Virus record (IMG/VR): IMGVR_UViG_3300033067_000065
Location: 1 to 42,641 of that record
Source of the DNA: a virus
Lineage: Duplodnaviria > Caudoviricetes
Strand: one strand, 5' to 3'
DNA: 42,641 bases
The position numbers and the translations under genes are program-made. Shown here one piece after another: positions 36,671 through 42,641 of this stretch. The notes below the pieces were generated by a model. The model was not told the origin of the DNA, ran no database searches, and saw only the letters and a list, made by a program, of their open reading frames with translations. Within the stretch, counting starts at the first letter, position 1; each line of letters opens with the position of its first letter.

Positions 36671-36879
36671 CAACGGTCCTTTTTTTCAGTAGACAAACAA
36701 AATGCTTCAACGTCAGCGCCTACATCCTCATCTTCGAGGTAGTAGCCCTGTGCTTTCAGGAAGCAGAAGAACTGGTATGCCATAGCAGGCCAGGTGCAAT
36801 CGTCTTCGTATCGCTGGGAGATCTCCACAGCACCGCCATCATCAGTGATGCAGCGGAGGTTGATAATCTTGGAGGACAT
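36670..36879 (-). CDS. Hypothetical protein (69 aa)
   Basis: Start MSSKII behind an AAGGA RBS; first gene after the RNAP. Confidence 0.75.
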   Translation of the reverse strand: MSSKIINLRCITDDGGAVEISQRYEDDCTWPAMAYQFFCFLKAQGYYLEDEDVGADVEAFCLSTEKKDR

Positions 36880-36902
36880 AGGATTCCTTTGAAAAAGTTT
36901 TG

Positions 36903-36946
36903 GTTGTTCCAATTGTGGAACCATCAAGTTGGCAGGTGGCAACGTT
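36903..36946 (-). promoter_or_regulatory. Putative phage RNAP promoter plus tandem operator-like palindrome after the RNAP gene
   Basis: TTGATGGTTCCACAATTGGAA (36927-36907) and TTGGCA-GG-TGGCAA (36929-36942); cores are 22 bp apart; T7 phi1.1-like position. Confidence 0.6.
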
Positions 36947-36963
36947 CACCACCTGACAACCAT

Positions 36964-39477
36964 TTAGGCAAAGCAATAGCGGGACTCGATGACCTTACTC
37001 AGGTCCAGAGTGCCACGCTGTGGGAGGTCCTCAAGTTTCTCGATGTTGTCATCAGAGAGTTGCTGGATCATCTCGTCACGGAAGGACTCGATCACATCCA
37101 CCTCGTCATACATCTCGATGAAGGCCTCACGGACCGTGTGGTAGAGCTGCTCGACATCCCCTGCTGTGGTCCCGAATGAGTCGTGGATCATGGCAAAGTT
37201 GTCTACGCCAGCCTGCTTGGCACGGACCACAGTGAGCATCATGTGGGCTGCATCACAGGAGTGGACGAAGTTAGGAGCGATACCAGAGGACTGCTTGCGG
37301 CGGTCCAGGTTGCCCTTCTCCTGGTACATCGTGAACTTCACAACGAACCCACCCAGAGAACTCTTGATCCGAGACAGGGCCATATCAGGGTAGGCCTGCA
37401 CCACAGGGAATCCGACAGGTGTCGTCCAGCGGACAGGGAGTTCCTCAGAGGCAGCGAGGGAGGCAGCGTGTTGCAGCCACTTCATCGCCTCACCAGCCTT
37501 GACCAGCACCTTGTTCACCGCCACCCAGATAGCCTTGGCCATGTACTGGGCACCCTGGTAGCCGTCACCTTGGAAGGGGAAGGCTTTGCCAGACTGCTTG
37601 GCTGGGCGGATGATGTCCTCCATGAGCTGCTCCTTGAAGCCGTACTCCTTGGAGCCATAGGCCAGGGTCATGACGGACCGCTTGGTCACCTTGCGGGTGA
37701 TCCCGAAGTCGAGCCACTGCTTGGCCAGGGTTTTGGTCCCTTGCTTCACATAGGCCACACCTTCATCCGTGTGCTTGAGTTCGTCCTCCGTCCCGTGATC
37801 GAGGTCATGATGGACCTGCTCCAGAACTTTGTTGGCCACGAGCTGATAAACATCTTGAGGTAGATCCGCAGGGGCCAGGTTGACTGCCCGTCCGCCGACC
37901 TCGTCTCGCAGCATTGCACTGAAATGCTGGATGCCAGAGCATGAACCGTCCATAGCCACGGGCAGCTTTGATACGAACGACTCACCATACTCAACAAATC
38001 CTGCCCACTCGAAGCAGAAGGCGAGGAACTGCCAAGGTTTGTCGATCTCGACTTGTCCGACCGAACCACACCATCCTCGATGTTGGTAAGGGTCTCGCGC
38101 AATAGCAATGATTTCATCTTCATTATCCTGTACCCAATTGACACGGTCTTCAAAGCTGGCCTTGTCAAAGCCTGCTACGTTGGCACCGTGGATTGCCAAC
38201 CACTTCCAGCCTTCGCTTCCCAATGGCTTACCGTTCGCAAAGCGAAGCAAAGCCTTCTGATAGTCAGACCCCTGAGGATTCAGGTGGGGGACAGCGTAGA
38301 TACGACCACGGAAATCGAGCTGGTACGGGAAGAATATCTTACGGAACTTCTCGTAACGCTTGGCTATCCCTAAGGCCATGTTGAACCCAATACGCTTGCC
38401 CAGGATCGTGAGGTTCTGGACATGGGTCTTGGCTGCTTGGATGCGGTACTCTCGTTTCGCTTCCTCGTTGGTCTCAATGTCGTGTGGCTTCTCAGGGAGA
38501 GGGAGACCGTCACGGGGAGGCAGTCCTCCAAGTGTGGAACCAGTGTCCCACAGGTGCTGCATCACATCGAGAATCTGGCTGTTGATCTGCCAGGCTGTGC
38601 GCTGGAGGGCATTCACCCCCTCATAGACGATGGGCATATCCGTATGCTTCAGCTCGTCCATGTAGGCCTTGTTCTTGGACTTGACCAATTTCAAGGGCTT
38701 GATGTTGGACGAGATGTACCCACCATCGAACGGTGTGGTCCAGTCACGGGGCTGCACCACCATGGGTTCGTAGACAGGACGCAGGTACTGGGTGACCTCG
38801 TTCTTCTGCTCGATCCAGGCCAGGGTGTCAGGCAGGGGACGCACGTACTTGAGGGACTGGTCCTTGTCCACCTTCTGGTGGGTCAGCTCGACCAGACCGA
38901 CATGGGCCATGAGCAGGTCCAGCATCTTGATGCCGACATGGAGACGCTCCACCCGTGTCCACTTCTGCCAGCCATCGTTCAAGCGGTCAGCCTGGCGGAT
39001 GGCGTACATATGGCGGTAGTGGCCTGTGGTGCGCTTCTTGGCCCCGATGATGATCTTCTCGTACTGCTTGCGCTCGTTCTCTCGGATCACCGCATAGCGC
39101 AGCTCGTCCTCGATGAAGGTGCCGATGGTCACGGCTACGAACTGGACGGTACGGGTGCTGCTGATTCCCGACAGGACAGCCTTGAGGGTCAGGAAGGCCA
39201 GGAGGTCTGGGCTTGCGTCCTTCACCTTCTTGTAGGCTGTGGCATTGTTGCCAGCCCTTCCCTTGCCTGTGGCTTCGAGCCACTCAGCGATAGCCTTTGA
39301 GAGCACCTCGACCCTGCGAGACAGGATAGTGGTGCCGTAGCTGGTTGATTCCTCACGGCCAGATTGGATGGCCTTGGAGACATCTCGGAGGTATTTTTCA
39401 GCACCCCGCTGTGTCATCTGTTCTTCAAGTTGAATCTGAAGAGACATAAGGTCTTCTTGAGGAGTCATAGCGTTCAT
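36964..39477 (-). CDS. gp1: Single-subunit DNA-directed RNA polymerase (T7 gp1-like)
   Basis: DFRGRIY, motif A DGSCSGIQH, motif B RKVTKRSVMTLAYG, PNFVHSCDA, motif C IHDSFGT; start moved to MNAMTP. Confidence 0.98.
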   Translation of the reverse strand: MNAMTPQEDLMSLQIQLEEQMTQRGAEKYLRDVSKAIQSGREESTSYGTTILSRRVEVLSKAIAEWLEATGKGRAGNNATAYKKVKDASPDLLAFLTLKAVLSGISSTRTVQFVAVTIGTFIEDELRYAVIRENERKQYEKIIIGAKKRTTGHYRHMYAIRQADRLNDGWQKWTRVERLHVGIKMLDLLMAHVGLVELTHQKVDKDQSLKYVRPLPDTLAWIEQKNEVTQYLRPVYEPMVVQPRDWTTPFDGGYISSNIKPLKLVKSKNKAYMDELKHTDMPIVYEGVNALQRTAWQINSQILDVMQHLWDTGSTLGGLPPRDGLPLPEKPHDIETNEEAKREYRIQAAKTHVQNLTILGKRIGFNMALGIAKRYEKFRKIFFPYQLDFRGRIYAVPHLNPQGSDYQKALLRFANGKPLGSEGWKWLAIHGANVAGFDKASFEDRVNWVQDNEDEIIAIARDPYQHRGWCGSVGQVEIDKPWQFLAFCFEWAGFVEYGESFVSKLPVAMDGSCSGIQHFSAMLRDEVGGRAVNLAPADLPQDVYQLVANKVLEQVHHDLDHGTEDELKHTDEGVAYVKQGTKTLAKQWLDFGITRKVTKRSVMTLAYGSKEYGFKEQLMEDIIRPAKQSGKAFPFQGDGYQGAQYMAKAIWVAVNKVLVKAGEAMKWLQHAASLAASEELPVRWTTPVGFPVVQAYPDMALSRIKSSLGGFVVKFTMYQEKGNLDRRKQSSGIAPNFVHSCDAAHMMLTVVRAKQAGVDNFAMIHDSFGTTAGDVEQLYHTVREAFIEMYDEVDVIESFRDEMIQQLSDDNIEKLEDLPQRGTLDLSKVIESRYCFA

Positions 39478-39577
39478 GTTTAAGTTCCTTGTAGTGGTAA
39501 CTATAGGTATATATCTTTTAATATATAACCTAGAGAAGAGACTCAGAGACAACTTTAAGTCATCTTAGAGATTGGTA

Positions 39578-39598
39578 ATCCAAATGTGGGTCGGTCAA
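39578..39598 (-). promoter_or_regulatory. Putative phage promoter upstream of the RNAP gene
   Basis: TTGACCGACCCACATTTGGAT; near-identical to 3753-3773. Confidence 0.55.
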
Positions 39599-39702
39599 CA
39601 GTTGTCTATCTACAACCATTGTCTTGTGTCTGTGTGTTTGTCACTGCTTGTGACACTATTGTTGTCACATACTTGTCTTGATGAAACCTTTCTATATTGG
39701 TG

Positions 39703-39724
39703 ATGATTCCCATATGGCAACCAT
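39703..39724. promoter_or_regulatory. 22-bp near-palindromic operator-like site
   Basis: ATGA-TTCCCA-TA-TGGCAA-CCAT. Confidence 0.6.
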
Positions 39725-39741
39725 TGTCTTAAATACGAAGA

Positions 39742-39767
39742 GAACCCCCTGATTTCTCAGGGAGTTC
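39742..39767 (-). terminator. Hairpin/terminator downstream of the tRNA 3' fragment
   Basis: GAACTCCCTGA-GAAA-TCAGGGGGTTC followed by a pyrimidine-rich tail on minus. Confidence 0.6.
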
Positions 39768-39792
39768 CCAACGCAGCTCTGCTGTGAACCTA

Positions 39793-39850
39793 TGGTGCGG
39801 TCAAGAGGACTCGAACCTCCACGGGAGTTACCCCACTAGCACCTCAAGCT
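39793..39850 (-). other. attP: attP core: 3' half of tRNA-Leu(GAG)
   Basis: AGC-TTGAGGT-GCTAG anticodon region, long variable arm, GGAGG-TTCGAGT-CCTCT T-arm and TGACCGC-A-CCA end. The 5' half is absent. About 95 bp downstream of the integrase stop. Confidence 0.9.
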
Positions 39851-39865
39851 GAGGCTAAGTAGGAA

Positions 39866-39878
39866 AATCAACACCTTA
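39866..39878 (+). promoter_or_regulatory. IHF site in the attP arm
   Basis: AATCAA-CACC-TTA matches WATCAANNNNTTR; lies between the core and the arm-like repeats. Confidence 0.7.
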
Positions 39879-39945
39879 GGTTGTCACAGTATCAGAAAAT
39901 CTGACCGTATCTGTCACAGCTCAATGGCCTGTGACACATTGATTT

Positions 39946-40989
39946 TCAGCCGTTGACCACCATCAGTTGGGGTTGAACCTTTACTTGCTCCAGTGCCTCA
40001 CGGCCACGCTGAAGACTGTTGGGTGCCAGGTGGGCGTAACGCATGGTGGTCTGGATGTTGGCGTGTCCCATCCATGCCTGAACCACGGGTAGATCGACCT
40101 GACGCTGGACCATACGAGAGGCACAGGTGTGTCTCAGCATATGGACGCAGAACTGAGGGTCATCCTCCAGCCCCATGGCTGTCTTGAGGTCCCACCACTG
40201 CTTCCTGAGCTGGTGGATGGTCAGGTCAAAGAACCTGAACTGGTTGGACCTACGGGTCAGGATGTCGGCCACCCTCTGGGTAGCTGGGACAGCCCTAGCC
40301 TTGTCCGTCTTGGTCTCACCTTCGTGCAGGTGGATCATCCCGTTGACGAAGTCATTGCGCCTGAGGCCCAACAGCTCACCCCTACGGAACCCTGTGTCCA
40401 CAGCCACCACGATCAGGTCATGGAGGTCATGCAGACCAAGCTGACGGCACAGGGCCAGAGCCTTGGACTCCTCAGCCTCGTCCATCCACCTCAGGCGGTG
40501 CTTGCCAGGCTTCCTGCGAGGTAGACGGGGCATGGCATTGATCCAGCCTTTCTCCATGGCAGTGTTGAGCATGACGGACAGGTGGCCCACCTTGTGGTTG
40601 ACCGTCTGACCACCATTGCCTTCCTCTTCCCAGGCCTCGACTGCCTCTAGGACAGAGTCGAAGGTGATCTCCGAGAGCGGAGTATCTGCAGGGAACTCAC
40701 GGAAGATGGCACGACAGAACACCTGATGAGTCTTCTGGCCAGCAGGTTTGTCCTGTGACCAACGGAGCCTCCAGGTGAGGTCGTGGGCATCTTTAAGGGT
40801 ATGGGTACCACCACCCTGTTTTGCAGGCCTTCCTGAGGCTTCTAGGGGGCTTCCTGTGGCTTTGATTCGAGCCAGTGCTTCCAGCTCTGCAATCTCAGCC
40901 TCGTTCTTGGACTTGTAGCTCTGACGGAAGCGGTTGTCCCCGCTACCCACAGACACAAGCCACGCACTTCCACGCTGGTAGATAGGCAT
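39946..40989 (-). CDS. int: Tyrosine recombinase / phage integrase
   Basis: TGFRRGE (R), TKT (K), HMLRH (HxxR), MGH and RYAH (Y); N-terminal arm-binding-like extension. Confidence 0.96.
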   Translation of the reverse strand: MPIYQRGSAWLVSVGSGDNRFRQSYKSKNEAEIAELEALARIKATGSPLEASGRPAKQGGGTHTLKDAHDLTWRLRWSQDKPAGQKTHQVFCRAIFREFPADTPLSEITFDSVLEAVEAWEEEGNGGQTVNHKVGHLSVMLNTAMEKGWINAMPRLPRRKPGKHRLRWMDEAEESKALALCRQLGLHDLHDLIVVAVDTGFRRGELLGLRRNDFVNGMIHLHEGETKTDKARAVPATQRVADILTRRSNQFRFFDLTIHQLRKQWWDLKTAMGLEDDPQFCVHMLRHTCASRMVQRQVDLPVVQAWMGHANIQTTMRYAHLAPNSLQRGREALEQVKVQPQLMVVNG

Positions 40990-40994
40990 TTCGT

Positions 40995-41312
40995 TCAATC
41001 TCCTATGATGCGGCGAACTGCCGCACGGCCTTTCGTTGTAAGTCTAATTACCTTTTTTCGGCGTTCCATTGGGTCCTCAAAGGACTCAATTAGTTGTAGT
41101 CCCTCCTCTCGTTTCCTGTTGAGCTTGCCAAGAGCACCAATATAGCGGCTGGCAGTGGCCAACCCTATACCTGCCTTCTTGGCTATGTCCGAAAGAGACA
41201 TCCCCTCTTCACTCTCAGAGATTATGAAGAGACATCTCACTTGCTGCAGTGGCATCTCAGAGTCTACTTCCGAGACCGCAGCTAAGAACTTATTGATTTC
41301 CTGCAACGTCAC
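40995..41312 (-). CDS. MarR-like winged-helix regulator (candidate repressor or excision factor)
   Basis: SLSDIAKKAGIGLATASRYIGAL HTH and EDPMERRKKVIRLTTKG wing; likely GTG start at 41312; adjacent to int. Confidence 0.85.
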   Translation of the reverse strand: MTLQEINKFLAAVSEVDSEMPLQQVRCLFIISESEEGMSLSDIAKKAGIGLATASRYIGALGKLNRKREEGLQLIESFEDPMERRKKVIRLTTKGRAAVRRIIGD

Positions 41313-41488
41313 AGCTTCCCATCCAATTTGGTGGTTTAGACGGGAGGAATTTGCCACAGGGCCAGACTCCAGTCAACAACAGTTTCCATTTGGCAAGCGT
41401 CCTACGGCCTAGCTGTAGCTATGCTCCCCAATTGACAATCATTGCCAGAATCGCCCCAATCCACAGGCGCAACCAAGTGGAGGGCAAG

Positions 41489-41734
41489 GTGCGGCTACCA
41501 GGACAGATAATCCAGTCCGTGAAGAAAGCGGGTGTCGAAATTTTCTTTGCAGGGCGACATACCACAAAGGTCTGGAACTCCCTCCGATTAGAAGGTGAAC
41601 CCATGAGGTATGGCGGCTGGTATTGGGTGAGGAAGGCCAAGGGACGCATCGTGGCGACAGACGAAGACGGACCATTCAAGTCCGAGTCCGCTGCCATCCG
41701 TGATGCGTATCTGAAGCTCCAGATTAGGGTCTAG
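41489..41734 (+). CDS. Only plausible plus-strand gene; hypothetical protein (81 aa)
   Basis: GGAGGG RBS at 41479-41484, GTG at 41489, TTGACA at 41432. Protein-like GGWYW...GPFKSESAAIRDA. Fills a gap with no convincing minus-strand gene. Confidence 0.6.
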   Translation: MRLPGQIIQSVKKAGVEIFFAGRHTTKVWNSLRLEGEPMRYGGWYWVRKAKGRIVATDEDGPFKSESAAIRDAYLKLQIRV

Positions 41735-41936
41735 GCGAGGTTTCCCCCGACTCCCTACCCTCTTTGACGATCCTCAGGAGCTTACGCTCGTCCATGTCTT
41801 TGATGAACATGATGAGGTTAGCCATTGTGTTCATCGAGATGGATTCTCCAGGGTTGTCCTGGTAGTCATTAGGTTGCCATACGAACTTCGTTTTGAGGCC
41901 TTCTGGTGTATCTTCTAGGAAGAGTGCTGTTTTCAT
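41724..41936 (-). CDS. Hypothetical early protein (70 aa)
   Basis: GGAGG RBS; ATGA coupling. Confidence 0.75.
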   Translation of the reverse strand: MKTALFLEDTPEGLKTKFVWQPNDYQDNPGESISMNTMANLIMFIKDMDERKLLRIVKEGRESGETSPRP

Positions 41937-42124
41937 GGAGCCTCCATATATCCAGCGACATCAATGCAGGCCTTAGCTAGGTCTCGAAGGTCATTAGGTG
42001 TGAGGTACACCTTCCCTCCATCCATGTATCCTTTGACCGTCTGTCCATGAATGGTGATGTCGAATTCTCCGAGAAACTCCATCCAATTCTGAGTTTCTGG
42101 GCTTAGGTTTTTCACTGTCTTCAT
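41933..42124 (-). CDS. Hypothetical early protein (63 aa)
   Basis: AAGGAG RBS; ATGA coupling. Confidence 0.75.
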   Translation of the reverse strand: MKTVKNLSPETQNWMEFLGEFDITIHGQTVKGYMDGGKVYLTPNDLRDLAKACIDVAGYMEAP

Positions 42125-42228
42125 TGCTTCTCCTTCTGTTTGCCGAAAGTTTCCTCCCAGCGGCGGTTGAACTCGTCCCGTGGGACTTCTACAGGGCGTG
42201 GCGCTGAGCCTTTTCCACCATCACTCAT
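42121..42228 (-). CDS. Small phage protein (35 aa)
   Basis: MSDGGKGSAPRPVEVPRDEFNRRWEETFGKQKEKQ*; coupled at both ends. Confidence 0.7.
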   Translation of the reverse strand: MSDGGKGSAPRPVEVPRDEFNRRWEETFGKQKEKQ

Positions 42229-42608
42229 TATCGCACCTGCACATCTGGGATGATCGTGGAAGGCTTGAAAGTCACACGATAGAAGTGTGTGCTGGCCTTG
42301 TTAGGCTCCAACTGCTCGACAAAGTAAGTCACATTGTCGGACAAGCCGAGGAAGTGCTTTTTGTATTCAGTGGGTCCCACCTTGCAGATCACAGCTACTC
42401 GGCTGGGGTTCTGGATTGGTTCGATAGAACACAAACCCTCAATCGAGAGAAGGTAATCACTGGTGATTCCGTTGTAGAACACTACCCTACGGTTCACCTC
42501 GAAGTTGTCTGCAGCCTTGCTGAGATTACGTGAGGCCACTTGTGCATCGTCCGCACAGCCTGACAAGAGTGATGCAGCAACACCAAGACATAAAACTAGC
42601 TTTTTCAT
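42228..42608 (-). CDS. Phage lipoprotein (126 aa)
   Basis: MKKLVLCLGVAASLLSG-C lipobox; ASRNLSKAADNFEVNRRVVFYNGIT motif. Confidence 0.85.
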   Translation of the reverse strand: MKKLVLCLGVAASLLSGCADDAQVASRNLSKAADNFEVNRRVVFYNGITSDYLLSIEGLCSIEPIQNPSRVAVICKVGPTEYKKHFLGLSDNVTYFVEQLEPNKASTHFYRVTFKPSTIIPDVQVR

Positions 42609-42641
42609 TTCGTACTCCAAATAACTAAACCAAACAAATAG
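42605..42641 (-). CDS. 3' end of the junction-spanning membrane protein (starts at 176)
   Basis: In-frame continuation IYLFGLVIWSTK*; its TGA overlaps the lipoprotein ATG. Confidence 0.75.
   Translation of the reverse strand, partial: YLFGLVIWSTK

Larger units (their letters stand above)
1..42641 (-). mobile_element. Complete circularly permuted genome of a temperate T7-like (Autographiviridae-type) phage
   Basis: Full T7-like gene set in T7 order on one strand (RNAP, gp2.5-gp6, portal to terminase), plus integrase and tRNA-derived attP. No host genes. An ORF continues in frame across the window ends. Confidence 0.95.

Noticed and set aside
39793-39850. Functional tRNA-Leu gene
   Set aside because: The 5' acceptor strand and D-arm are missing; the position next to int identifies it as the attP core.

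Overview
The window is an apparently complete, circularly permuted 42,641-bp genome of a temperate T7-like podophage (Autographiviridae-type). A membrane-protein ORF reads in frame across the 1/42641 junction. Almost all genes are on the minus strand, in T7 order. The small early genes include an acidic ArdA/Ocr-like protein. They are followed by a MarR-like wHTH, a tyrosine integrase, an attP carrying the 3' half of tRNA-Leu(GAG), and a single-subunit RNA polymerase. The replication block has SSB, endonuclease I, amidase, a PAPS-reductase-like gene, primase/helicase, a family A DNA polymerase, a gp5.7-like gene, ThyX, exonuclease, DUF3310, a MazG-like gene and class II RNR. The late block has portal, scaffold, holin, capsid, tail tube, internal virion proteins, a multi-gene tail-fibre cassette, TerS, glutaredoxin and TerL. 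The most unusual signals are non-coding: (i) a terminal region with a near-perfect OxyR-type box, 11/22-bp phased repeats, two perfect DnaA boxes and an IHF site; (ii) a genome-wide TTGCCA-N2-TGGCAA palindrome overlapping a sigma70 early promoter and putative phage-RNAP promoters; (iii) a ~95-nt RNA resembling the tRNA-like domain of tmRNA, upstream of the DNA polymerase; (iv) an attP placed so that integration would separate the RNAP gene from the early promoters. All calls were made by eye with no database searches; the host is unknown and probably a proteobacterium.
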